Shown here: positions 15,601 through 27,397 of the stretch, in pieces | Layout: every line of letters starts with the position of its first letter | Position numbering within the stretch: position 1 is the first letter of the stretch | Source: Amoeboaphelidium protococcarum X5 | Taxonomy: Eukaryota > Fungi > Aphelidiomycota | Reading direction: 5' to 3' | DNA: 64,000 bases | Assembly (NCBI GenBank): GCA_023515725.1 | Contig: JALDTO010000266.1 | Span: 1,819,608-1,883,607 of the forward strand | Notes under the pieces: generated by a model | What the model was told of the DNA's origin: nothing | The model's input: the letters and a program-made list of their open reading frames with translations, nothing else | Databases searched by the model: none | Position numbers and translations under genes: made by a program

Positions 15601-16120
15601 ACACGGTAGCCAGCGTCGCTTAACTTTTGACGCAGCTAAGATGATTCGGAATCATGCAGTAGCCACGTTGATAACTCCAACTTTCTTATTTGAGACCATT
15701 TCGACTTGCTTACTCTAGAGTCTTTTGGCAAACCATTCAGCTTCTCATGCAATTTCATAATCTGTTTCAATCTAGACTTGGTTCTGTTCAACTATGTTTT
15801 AGCTTTTTCACGCGACGGCGCTCCATCAAACACCAAAGTCAACACATCTTTCAAAGGGTTAGTTTTTTCACCTGCGCAAAGTTATTGATCGAGAGGCAAT
15901 GCTTCTTTTATCATATTGATACATGCATCTATGGGTGACTTACTTCGCTTAAATATGCGACGCAACTGCCTGTAAAAAGTGCCCTAAAATCTACCTGAAT
16001 CTTCACTCCTTCGCCTATCGATGTTGTCGCAATCTCATACAACCGCCGTAGATCGATTGGTCGTGAGTTTGTAAACAGCTACCGCTTCCTAAACTACAAA
16101 TGCGCCCCTTTTACTGTCAT
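12632..16120 (-). pseudogene. XPG/FEN1-like nuclease fused to a Fanzor/TnpB-type RuvC nuclease (~1,160 aa reconstructed; frameshifts near 15986, 14520, 13011 and 12812)
   Basis: N-terminus: MTVKG, QVDF, VFDG..S.EK, GEADVHIA, SFDSDLL, IVSGNDY..N..GFG. C-terminus: CIDIGERY (RuvC-I), VIFGLGD, YLNEYLTSQKATCC (RuvC-II and Zn finger), YCR..HKFFHRDIMAAENL (RuvC-III). Confidence 0.85.
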
Positions 16121-16497
16121 TGTGTTAGGTAATGAAAGTATTAAAGAGTGGTGGATATTAGAGTTGATTCGACGCGACATATATCAGTCGACAATGTGAT
16201 CGTTTGCATTGTCATCGTTACGATGAGCTGGTTCATCGCATCAAGCTCGGCATTTGGTTGCAATAAAAATAGCCACAGCTAGTGATGGGCGTAAAATTAA
16301 CATTGAGTTCATTTTCAATGATAGTAGTGGAAAGAGGAAAGAGTAAAAAGTATTAACAGGTACTAATGAGGCCTCATAAATCGATGACTGGACTATAATT
16401 TACCTAGATCCAAACCTTGGAATGGTGGGCCAATCAGACACGCAATCTATTTTTAGGTGTCACAATTGGTGAACGTTTGAACTTATAAGTTCCAATC

Positions 16498-16515
16498 TAT
16501 ATATATATATATATA
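16498..16515. repeat. (TA)n microsatellite
   Basis: About 9 TA units. Confidence 0.9.
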
Positions 16516-16827
16516 TGGTTCAAAACTAGATTGAGTACAACACCATCGATTCTGACATCCTGTTAAATTTTAGTGGCTGAGCCATGGTAGAACTAAGAAA
16601 GTGCCAGTGCCTTATAAGTTTTGCATTATGCACCGACTTGGTAAATGCGATCTTACTAGAGACCCAAAATCAATTCTTGTGTGACAGTCTTGGTCACTTT
16701 AATAAGAGTTGTATCCAATCAAAGCGAATATGATCTATTAAGATCTAAATATCCCATTGCTGTTGTTTCCTCTCATCTCTGTATAAGTTTGATTCTAACC
16801 TATATCTGATATTATTCCACATACAAA

Positions 16828-17514
16828 ATGAAAGTGTGCTTTATTGTTGCGTCCTGTCTCCTGTACTGTGGCGTTAATTCCCTTCCTTAAAGTTTACCTG
16901 CCCTTGGCGAGTCAATCCCTGGAATTGTTAATGGTGCCGCCAACCGTGACTGGGGCAGTATGACATAATCAATCACTGATACTGTATCCAATGGCCTGGC
17001 AGGTGGCGGTATCAAATCTGGTGGTTCAGGGTGGGGCTCTGGCTCTGGCTCGGAATCAGGCACGTAAGCTGAGTCTATGGTGCAAAGTATGCAGGACGCG
17101 GCTGATGCAAGATTTTCTGGAGAGTCCTTCCCCTCGTCTGCAGGCTCTCCTTCAAGCTTTGATGCAAGCGCGGGTGCTCAAGCAATGGCCACCGGTATTG
17201 AGGACATGTCTGAGAGTAGATTTTCTGGTAATCCATCTTCATCTCCTAGTTTCGGTATTGATGGTACTTCATCTGCTGCAGATGGTGTCTCCGGCATCGA
17301 ATCTCGTGCAGGTAGTAGATTTGGCGATTCTGACTCAGGGTCGTCTCCTTCCAGATCTTCCGGTCTTGGCTCTGACTCATCTTCTTCAGGACTCGGTTCT
17401 GGCAGCCGCGGATTTGATGGAGGATCTGGTGATGGGGGATTTGGCGGGAGGTCAGGCGGAGATTCAAGCGGCGGTAGCAGCGGTGGAGGTAAAGGCGGTA
17501 GGTTTTCGGACTGA
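16828..17514 (+). CDS. Secreted Ser/Gly-rich protein, family A copy 1, 228 aa
   Basis: Signal peptide MKVCFIVASCLLYCGVNSLP; three internal repeats ending (A/S)RF(S/G); paralogous to 25750-26760. Confidence 0.8.
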
Positions 17515-19047
17515 AGATGTGATTAAAAGGAAATTCAACTTTGTAATTAAGATTAATAAATATATCAACATAATTTTTTGTCGTCTCAGCTTTAGATACT
17601 CTAATTATTACCATTTCGGCAGGCTCTCTCTTTTATTATAGTAGAGTGACTCATGAGTGGCACAGTAATTATAGTGTTTCTCTCATATTTTAAAGGGTGT
17701 AGCTTTTCGCGATGTTCGGTTAAGACACACAAAAGTTAGTAAGATAAAGATGGCTTTGGCATTTATCACCTTGGCTGCGGAGATTGTCTTTCAATGTGTT
17801 GATCGTGTGATCAAACAACGCAAATCTCAGTCGCACAGCGCCATTGCTATTGTGGCTTGAGACGTACGTTGGAGTGCGAACTGTCGTCCACTCTCTTTTA
17901 TATACTGTGAATCACTGTATAATATACAATCGTCTTCATTAATATATATAAAATGCAAGGCCTTACACGAATTATTTACGATAACTAATTCATAATTGGT
18001 GTTTTGTCGATAGAGTCTCTATGGCGTTGATTATCTGCTTGGTGATATACTGTATACAAATATCTACAAGTATAGATATGAAACACCGTATTTGGAACGA
18101 ACATACTTACTTTTCAAGTTCGTCTGAGGCAATTATCCACTGCATTTCAATAATATGGCTAGATAATAATAGCTCACTACCTACATAATTTGATATTTAT
18201 CAGAAATATTATCTACAAATTGTGTGCTTACCTTAAAGAAATGGGATTGGTTCGACACTCTTCTGGTTAATTGACGTTGAAGAAAAAGAGAGAGAAAGTG
18301 TTAGAAAACGTTTTGATTAATGATAAAAGCTGAAACATTAATAAATACATCCCTGCTACTCAATACTCACAATTAATCTCAACTTAAATTTCCTTACAAT
18401 CAACAGATTCAGCTCTGAAAGAACGAACCAAATGCAGACTAATACTACTACTGAGAAGGTCTGCGTCTTGCTGACTATTGAGGCAATACTCCACCACCGA
18501 CCACCGATTAGGTTGGCTACGCACCAGATGCAACAGGAGTTTGCGCTATATTAGTACTCTGACCAATAGCCCTCAGCAACTCCTCCTCAGATTTGTGAGT
18601 CTGGTACATTGATCTATCGCGCTCCAGATTGCTTCTCAAAATTTCTAATCCTATAACATACCTATTTACAATGTAGGTAGGTAGTTATATATGTAGCTGA
18701 TTAGCCTGGAGTGTGATAGTGGTTCAGATTGAAGAGATTCTCTCGTATAAGTATAGACTGGATGTAAAGATCCTGATTTACAGTATATCCATCAGAATTG
18801 CATAGATTTTTGCGTGCCAGATATTAGTAAAGACTGCGCACAAGCTGGATTTCCATGTTGAATTAATCAAAAATTTCATATATTTAAGTATTTTTCAGTA
18901 CTACTGATATTTTGCACGTGTTTTTTTAGTGGAAAATAACTATAAATTGAAACCGGTTTTAATCTCAAAAGATCTTTGTTACGCGTTTGTGCCATCTTTA
19001 TCTTGATTCCATATCAACAACTTCTTCAAAGAAATTTAGAATAAACT

Positions 19048-21366
19048 ATGCCGAATTACTATCGTACTGTCGTTATCAAAGATACTCTAGATGAATTATG
19101 GATGGGGCATTTGAATCCTGTTGGGTTTTATGTTCTGTCGCTAACCTTAACCGTCGTCTCGGTTAAGGAGAAATTTGCTGCGCCACTTTGTTTCTTGATC
19201 TCTGATCAATAGAGCTCAGCCACACGGCACGTATACTATTTAATTGACTTTTATCTATTCTATTTTGCTTATTCTAACAAATCCTGGATTAGATCGCGTG
19301 AAGAAGGTTGTAATGGACAATATGTTCATTAGATTTTTTGCTACAACTACTATCTTGCATTACGTGGTCAATTTTTTTAGTCTGAATCCTAACTAGAGAG
19401 ATCGATTTTACCCTCTGTTTAATATCAAGGTGATTAGAGATTTTTTTAGAGCGTTTGCGAATTATCCTGGTAGATTTCATGAGTCTGATGTGGTAAATAG
19501 TTTGTTAATCATTAGAAGGCAGTTTTGAATTTACCAGACTACCGCATTGAATGCGAGAATGGGAGATTTTTCAAATACGTGTTTGAACCTGCTGCGGGTT
19601 AATATGAGATAGCGTGTTAGGAGCACATAGAAAAAAATCTGAAAAAATGGTAAAGCGTGCTTTGGCAGTGAAATTGAGTAAATCTAATATTAGAGCGCGT
19701 TTTCATATCAAACGTACGCTAGGCATCGTTTACAGACAGGTGGAGAGAGGGCGAGTTTTGGCAGAATTGGATCCTGATGTTAATCTGACTGAATAGGAAG
19801 TCTAAGATGAGTAGTAGTAGGATCAAGAGGATTTTAATTACTGTTTGAAGGCTAATCAAGTAGCTCTATAGAATGATCTGGCTGAATTAAAGAATATCAT
19901 CCGTCCATTCTGCACAATGGTTAAAGAAGTTATCGCTGAGTTGAAGAAGAAAGATGCTGTGCGCGTCGGCGTGTCTTATCCTATCTATAGAGTAAGAGCA
20001 TTCAAGAAGTTTTGGTTCGTATATCTGAAGCTGTTTCATCATTGTATAAAGCTACTTAATCGTTTCAATGTCAAGTCTTGCTCTATATTGCCTGTCGTCT
20101 CGGCTAAAGTACCTTTCTTAAATATCAATGATTATTAGCTGATGAATTGTTTGGTTCCTGGCAAGAGAATGGGAGATTGCGTCAAGTACATCTCCAATCA
20201 TAAAGGTCAGCTTTGGGCGTTAAGGACTGATTCTTATCAAGTTTAGTTTGTTTTTAAATGTCCTGAAGAATATGCTCCTAAAGATATTAGCGTAATGAAT
20301 TGTATTGATGTCGAACGACTTGATCCGGTTGATAATGGTTAAATGTGGCTCCCTGATGAAGATGTTAACGCGCACGAAGATATAGATTAAGATGAAAATG
20401 ATGGCGACAACGGCGATTTTGAGTTTGATTATGCAGACGATGGCGAGTTGGAGGCTGACAACGCTCAAGAATATGTTTAGCAGATTGAAGATGGGTTTCG
20501 CAGAGTATATAGTGATTTCCTATTTTATATGGATCGGCAGAGGTCCTGTTAATCTATTTTATTTGACGTCCCTCAGATCATAAATTACGAAAATGCTGTC
20601 AAGCTTGGCGTTGATGCAGGGTTGAATAATTGGATAGCTTCCTACATGCCATTGACTAAGTTGTAGTAATTGCCTATAAACTATATTCATTATGAGTAGT
20701 CTGTTCGTGTTGTAATCAGTAAAACACGTTATGTGCAAAATATTCTGTCGCCTGATGTTGCTGTCGCTGTTTAACGACATGCATTGTAAAGTCGGGAGTT
20801 TGCTCGCAGTCTTAAGACTGTTGATTTGAATGTTTTCTAGAATCGACTGGCTCTATATTTTGGAAGATTTGAAGCGATGCGCGAATATTACTCGACTGAG
20901 TAAGTGCTGGCTTTGCAAACTGATCTCTACCACCTAAATAAGAGTGTCGCACTTGATTTTATCAGAACTCTTCTGCCTTTGAATGGTGGAAAGCTGGATC
21001 AAGCGAATCGTTTGAATTACTTGATTCTTTATGGATCCTATGTATTGGGGCAGTCTGGTCTAAATGGACAGTTCCCTCTGCGCCAATTTGTTCATCTGTT
21101 GAATAAGTATGTAAGTGGTAGTTGTACCTGAGCCTATGTCATCCACGATCTGTTTCGTGTGTTTGACTAAAGGAATTGAGAGTTTCGTGGTGCGGAAGAA
21201 GGACAAGGCCTGCTGTTCTTTCTGTGATTATGATTATCATGCTGATTCTCTCGGCGGAGCCAATACATACTACATTGGCCGCCATTTGATTGAAAATGAA
21301 GGCAGATTACATCCATTCTTCATCCCAAGGAAGTATGTACCTCGCGTTGAGAATGGAAATTTATGA
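19048..21366 (+). pseudogene. Decayed Fanzor1-like (TnpB-derived) nuclease gene, a second family
   Basis: SILPV...PFLNIN, LRTD, KLGVDAGLNN (RuvC-I), LILYGS, VVVPEPMSSTICFVC (RuvC-II Glu and Zn finger), CSFCDYDYHADSLGGAN (RuvC-III); frameshifts near 19280, 19525, 19645 and 21113; 5' boundary approximate. Confidence 0.75.
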
Positions 21367-21496
21367 AAGTGTTAGCAATGAAATATCAATTCAATGAGCA
21401 CAATTTTGAAAAACATTTTCTCTTTTCAATTCAAAAACGTTGAGCTTTAAGATTGATGATCATAAATCGATTCCATTAACACGTTCAATATTTATA

Positions 21497-21805
21497 TCAC
21501 TTCATCTTGTAACGCAGTCTCTTCTTCAAATCAGATGCAAACTTGCCACTCTCCAATATATAAGCGAAATCTGTCAAACTTGCATGGGAATTTTTGGACT
21601 TGAATGCATTTGTTACCTTCCTCTTCCTATCCAAAAGTTCATTATACACTTCGATTGCCAGCTGATCGTTTTCGAGGCCAACTAAAGACAGCGTTAGAAA
21701 CGAAGTCAAGACAATGTCATCAACTTTGGCGACACCCAGCGATTTCAGCTTTAGACGCATTTAATGACGCCTACGTTACGAGTTCGAGTAATACTTTTTC
21801 GCCAT
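21497..21805 (-). CDS. Small basic hypothetical protein, about 102 aa
   Basis: MAKKYYSNSQRRRHQMRLKLKSLG... open to TGA under TAR=Gln; no recognised motif. Confidence 0.35.
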
Positions 21806-21949
21806 TGTTGATTCCAGTGTCAAACTATTATTCAGAGCATGAAACCAGGAATAATGGCGTTGATGCCAAATTGAACAGGTCTGATCTCAATCACACGTCA
21901 TCGATTTTTTAACATGCGCACTTACTTCTTCTTCAAATTGAAACGCACA

Positions 21950-22456
21950 ATGCCAAAAGTAAAAGTATCCGCCCAGACTAAAAAACTTGCACGACAGTTG
22001 GCTCTAGACCTCGCAGTTGATCAGTACAGAAAGTCTGAAGCTGAAGCGGCTCAGTAGTCAGCCAATATGAACAATCCGAATCCTGCTTCGTACAGTACAG
22101 ATAAGTCCAACGCTGCATCCAAGTTAATTGCTGCTGCGGCCAAAACCAAATCTAAGAAGTCTGCATTGAAAAAGATAACTTAAAGTAAGGTAGCATCCAC
22201 AAAGACTGGCTCAAGTAACAGTGATTCCATCTAGACTACTTCCACTAAGACTGGTACCTCAAAAGCCGCTTCTAGTAAGACTAAGACTGCAAATAACAAG
22301 GCTTCTTCCAGTAGAACAGATAATACTAAGGTAGTGCCCAGTAAGAGCAAGGTTGGGAGTTAAAAGACTGCGTCCGGGAAGACAACTGCTATTGGCACCA
22401 AAGAGGCTCCCCAAATTACTCCTACAAGCGTTGCGCAATAGACATTGACAAATTGA
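21950..22456 (+). CDS. Lys/Ser/Thr/Ala-rich basic low-complexity protein, 168 aa
   Basis: MPKVKVSAQTKKLARQLALDLAVDQYRK... ATG to TGA, with degenerate (S)KT repeats. Confidence 0.55.
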
Positions 22457-22888
22457 ATGAAGTTGCAATAAATTTTCTGTATGCACTTAAATTAAATTCA
22501 TTTAAGCGTTCTCCAACTTTGATTGTTAAATTATTGTTCAATGTTGTAAATGCAGAGATGAAAAGAATTCAAATTGTTTCAATGTGTTTGAGATAAATTG
22601 TTTCATCAAATGTTTCAAATATTTGCTCTCTGCATATGAAAAATTCATCATAAAACGCGTCGATTGATGAGTACAACAGTTATTGGAGGCTCGTATATGG
22701 GTTGGTTGAAAACAGGTTTGATGTCATTCCGTTTAAAGATATCCATCAATCGAAATATAAGCCCCATCAGTGATGCTAATTTCTCTTCTCCACCACTACC
22801 GTGTTTCTCGCGGCATAAGCGACCAGAAAAACTCAGTTAATTCGTTTAAAACAATGAAAGTCGCTTATACCAAATAATAATTTTCAGT

Positions 22889-24145
22889 ATGGAAAATCTT
22901 TAACCCAATTTTAACATCAATGAATAGAGCGCCTTTTAAAACTTACCCCTGAATACCCCTGGAGTCAAAAAAATTCGTGTCTCATACCCCACTGACAAGA
23001 AAAGGGAAGTGGTCACAATGGTGACTGAGTCCCAAAAAGTTAAGAATAAAGGTGCCATCCAACATGTAGCGTAAGCAACCGGTATAAGTAAAAAATTGAT
23101 ATCTAAATGGTTATTGGCGTCCGATGAAATCATGGATCCTAAGTTTCATGGTAGTTCGCGCAAGCTTCATAGTGGGCCACAGACTCAATACAAAATTGAA
23201 GAAGAGAGCATGGTCGCTTGGGTGCATAGCTAGAGGGAGCTTAGAAAGGTTGTTACAAACTAATTGATGGCTGCATACGTCATGAAAGAGTTCCCCAATA
23301 CCTTTTAGGCTTATGAATAATGCTTGGCGTGGACGTATCGGGTACTGGATCGTAACAATCTGAGCATACGTCGTAAGACGCATGATCAAACTAAATTGTC
23401 CGAAGAAGAGATGGGCCGTCTTCACAGAGACTTTGTGGTCTATGTACGTTATTTGATGGATGAGTTCTCTGTAGAGGATGATGATGCAATCAATATGGAC
23501 GAAACTGGTGTTCATTTTGACATGACATCTAGCACAACAGTGGAAATTAAAGGAACGTAACACGTCAGCGTCGTGTCATCCTCTAATAGCGGACACTGTA
23601 CTGTCTTTCTGGCTGTATCGTTAGCTGGTACAAAGTTGAAGCCATTGATTGTATTCAAAGCTAAGCCTGGTGCTACAGTTCATAAGCAGATTCTGGCTGG
23701 GCGTAATGATTATGATGCACGGGTGATTTGTACTGTTCAAGAAAATGCTTACTGCGATGAATTTGTTATGGGTGTATGGCTGGATAAATGTCTTAATCCT
23801 CATCTGAATAGAAATAATGAAAAGAAGTTGAGTTTGTTAATGATGGACAATTTCTCTCCCCATCAATGTGCGTCGGTCAGAGATCAATTGAGCGAGAGCT
23901 TCTGCCTTTTGGTCATGCTGCCTCCAAATATGACCAGCAAAGTTTAGATATTGGATGTCGGAGTTAATAAGCCATTCAAAGATCATATCAGGGCTCAGTT
24001 TTTGACATTTATGAGTGACTTCTTAGAGAATCAGCAGAAAGTCACGCGTGAAATGATGTCTACATGGGTAGCGAATGCTTGGGAGAAGATTACAGTAACG
24101 ACTTTTATTAAGACAAGCAAGAAAATTGGATTTTTGGATGAATGA
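22889..24145 (+). CDS. Pogo transposase (HTH + CENP-B HTH + DDE_1), intact, 418 aa
   Basis: LSIRRKT, NMDETGV, KLKPLIVFK, LMMDNFSPH, LPPNMTSKVQILDVGVNKPFKD; uninterrupted when TAR=Gln. Confidence 0.93.
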
Positions 24146-24214
24146 TGTAACAGTAATGAATGTTGTATTTTAGGAGGCCATTTATTTAAAGTGTATCAAT
24201 ATTGACTTCAATGT

Positions 24215-24692
24215 TCAACCAATAATCAATCCCATAGCAAGACCATGATGTTCACGGCTGCGCCTTTCTTCAGATTCGTTATCAGATCCTATACTAACTC
24301 TGCAAACAGAACAACTCTACCATCTAAAGCATCATCATAAAGGCTTTGAAAGACTTTAGATACAAAGCCAACGAAACAGCACTCAACTCCGTTCTTCCAG
24401 ATGAAGGCTTTAAACGTAGTCACCTGCTACTGCACCAGCTTGTCTTACATTTATCTCTTCTTCGGTCTACCCTTTTTCTTGGGACCTGCTTACATAGCTT
24501 CATCCTCATTCATATCCATCTCTAGCTGTACTAACCGAGGCACAGTAATAGATGACTTCCGTAGCTTCAGATTGGTAGATTAAGTGACGCGACACCACAA
24601 TTAGTTGAATGCAGTCCACACATTCTACCATGGTCACCATTCGATAAACCTACAATTTCAATTTTATTCCCAATTATTAGTGCTGCATCCAT
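24215..24692 (-). pseudogene. Second, convergent ORF inside the pogo element (about 158 aa, two frameshifts), with an AT-hook-like motif
   Basis: IEIVGLSNGDHGRMCGLHSTNCG / LKLRK...KKKGRPKKR...NGVECCFVGFV...LDGRVV / SDNESEERRSREHHGLAMGLIIG*. Confidence 0.55.
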
Positions 24693-25084
24693 AATAAATT
24701 TGGCATACCGTGTTTCAAACTCTAAACAAAAAACGAACGAAACAAAAAAGGGCGAAGTCGCTTATACCAAAGATCGCTTATGCCGCGAGAAACACGGTAT
24801 TCGAAATGCCGAGACAATAAAGACAAGATCCGCGATTGGAAGGACTGGCGCCATAGCTAATCCTATAGCTAGACCTGAAGCAAACGCTGGCCTTAATGTT
24901 CCTGGGTGTTCAATTCCGGTGCCCGAGATACTAAGTAACGGGTTCTTCAAACGATATTTTGAAGCAATTGGAGAAGACTACCATGCCCTGGTGCTGCGCT
25001 CAGTTTGCTGCGTTGGCCGCCAAGAGACAAGGTGGCGACTTTCTGGAGGTGGCGAGAAATACATTACGCCTCAAGATGGAAATG

Positions 25085-25188
25085 CTGGGCCGTCGAGAAG
25101 CTCTAGTTTCAGGCCTAGTGGTGGGTTTTCTTCCGGTGAAAGTGGTGTTTCTTCGATTGCGTCTCGTGTGGGCAGCAGATTTGATTGA
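25085..25188 (+). pseudogene. Fragment of a family A secreted Ser/Gly-rich gene
   Basis: GVSSIASRVGSRF matches GVASIASRTGSRF of 25750-26760; no signal peptide upstream. Confidence 0.5.
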
Positions 25189-25749
25189 TACCGATTGATT
25201 ATGTTGTCAAAATGATACCCTTGTAAAAGTAATTCTTGTGTTTCAAATTTCTACTACAATGACCCATCAACGTTTTTATTTTTGTTATATCACTTTTCAG
25301 ATGCTCTCTCTACTGTAATTATCAAGTGTGTGGTAAGACGCGTGAAACTACCAATGCTCTTCTTTTAGTCTACTTCACTTGTATAGGATTGTAATAATGC
25401 GTGAGACGATGGAAATTTTATTGTTGTCCGTACTTTGATTTCCGAATGCGTTACACATACTGAATGGGGTCCGCTAATGTTGATATCGTATTTAACTCCT
25501 TGGTATATAATGATGTTTTGGTAGTGAATTGCTTGGTATTACTATTTCTACACTTAATTGCACAGGATGAATTTGTATTCAATCCGTGCTACGTGGTGTC
25601 ATTGCAAATTATTTACCATTGGGCAATCATGATTTGCACAACCTTCTAAGACACGGATAACACGCTGCAATTTGTGCTCAAAAGCATCCGGGCTATCGAA
25701 TTGCTTCTATTCTCTGAGTTTAATCATACTTGTATTTAATTTAATGATC

Positions 25750-26760
25750 ATGAAATTGTCAATAACTATTGCCTCTGTGTTAGTATCCCTGGGCGTGTAC
25801 TCTTTACCTCAAGGACGGGGATGGGGCGAGTCCATATCTGGTATTCCCGCCGGGGCTGTTTCGCAGGATTGGGGTGGTATGAGCTAGTCCATCCAAGACA
25901 CAGTTTCCAATGGTGTTTCAGCTTAAGGTACCTCTGCTACAAGCACCGGTCAATAACAGTCTGATTCTCAAGCTGCAAGCATGGTTCAGGGTATGGAAGA
26001 CGCTGCTAATGCAAGATTCTCTGACAGTTCAGCATCTCAATTCGCGGGCCGTCCATCCAGCTTTGACGCCTCTGCAGGTGCTGAATCTATGGCAACCGGG
26101 ATCGAGAATAGTGTTGGATCTCGATTTTCCGATAGTCCGTCTGGGCCCTCTAGTTTTGGTATTGCAGGCGCACCATCCGCAGCTGATGGTGTGGCTTCAA
26201 TTGCATCTCGTACTGGGAGTAGGTTTGGTGACTCTGATCCAAGTAGCGGAAGATTTGCGTCATTAACATCTCGCGATTCAGAAGCATCTTCAGGATCTAT
26301 CGGTCCCAGCTCAAAGCCATCATCCTCATTCTCATCAGATGGTCCCGGCTAAAATGCAGGCACTGTTAGCAAAGGTTCTTTATCCGATTCTGCATCTGCA
26401 AGCAGCGGTATTAGTTAAGGAAGTGGCCAAAAAGCTGCCGGTAGTGCAGTGCCAGGCAAAGGCGATAGCATCGGTGGTATGAAGTCATCTTCCTCACCAG
26501 GAGGGCCTCCTAGCAGTAGTGGCAGCAGTCCTAGTGCAAATGCAGGCTCTAACGCGGGAAACAGCGGAAGTATTGGTGGTGGCTCTAGCCCAAGTGGAAG
26601 CTCAAACAATAGCGGATCAGGAAGTGGATCAGGAAGTGGATCAGGAAGTGGATCAGGAAGTGGATCAGGAAGCGGGTCAGGAAGTGGATCAGGAAGCGGG
26701 TCAGGAAGTGGATCAGGATCAGGAGGACGTGGTGGTGGAGGCGCCAAAGGCGGGGATTGA
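25750..26760 (+). CDS. Secreted Ser/Gly-rich protein, family A copy 2, 336 aa, with (GS)n tail
   Basis: Signal peptide MKLSITIASVLVSLGVYSLP; paralog of 16828-17514; GGATCAGGAAGT repeats at about 26614-26724. Confidence 0.82.
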
Positions 26761-27397
26761 ACTCAATGTGTAGTTAAAATGTAATGTATGTTTATCAATG
26801 GGATATTATCTTTTAATTTTTAACATTTTTGATGAACTATAAGTCGGGAGTGTTTAACTAAAGTCTCTCAAGTAGTATCGCCGTATCTCCTTTTTACCGT
26901 GCTCAATTAACACTGTGTCTAGATACGATTCCTCCTTTTTGACAAATCTATGACAGAGACAAAGACTGGTTGTGGATGTATGTTTAACACTGCTATTTTA
27001 GTAAAATGGGTTTAAATACAAAAAATTGTAAAATTTTAGAGTGAACCGTGTTTGAAGATGCAATAGTGTCATGATCGCATGGCATGCACTCTTATCAGGC
27101 CTTTGAAAAATATTTTATTCATATTATAACCAGCTACTTACTACCTTATGATAGAATGTAATGCATTTTCTGCGGCTATTAGGAATTGCAACATGCCAAG
27201 GCTCGGCTGTTACGCGTGCCTCTGCCGGACTCGTGCTGTTGACTGATTATCTTATGCGTGATGTAGCATGTAACTTTGTCGAATTGCTATAAAAGGCGCC
27301 CATGGTATGAATTCTTTTATTCTTCTTACCTATCAATTTAATTAATATCTTATCTAATTGTAATATTGTTAAATCATACCTATTCCTAATCTCGAAA

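Larger units (their letters stand above)
22799..24797 (+). mobile_element. Pogo/Tigger-type (Tc1/mariner superfamily) DNA transposon, 1,999 bp
   Basis: Perfect 24-bp TIRs CCGTGTTTCTCGCGGCATAAGCGA (22799-22822 and 24774-24797); TA on both sides; subterminal direct repeat AAGTCGCTTATACCAAA near both ends. Confidence 0.95.

Noticed and set aside
18430-18900. Coding-looking sequence upstream of the Fanzor1-like gene
   Set aside because: Could not build a coherent frame or find a motif
24700-25198. ORFs crossing the right pogo TIR, and a longer ORF made by rejoining the pogo flanks
   Set aside because: No recognisable motifs; long frames arise easily by chance when only TGA stops. Only the short family A fragment is supported
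26614-26724. 12-bp tandem repeats as a possible CRISPR or telomeric array
   Set aside because: No spacers; they encode the (GS)n tail of a CDS
26415-26747. Minus-strand (PDPL)n ORF, and the similar antisense poly-Pro and GIGP ORFs at 27610, 30281 and 35011
   Set aside because: Antisense shadows of Gly/Ser- or Pro-rich plus-strand genes that have signal peptides
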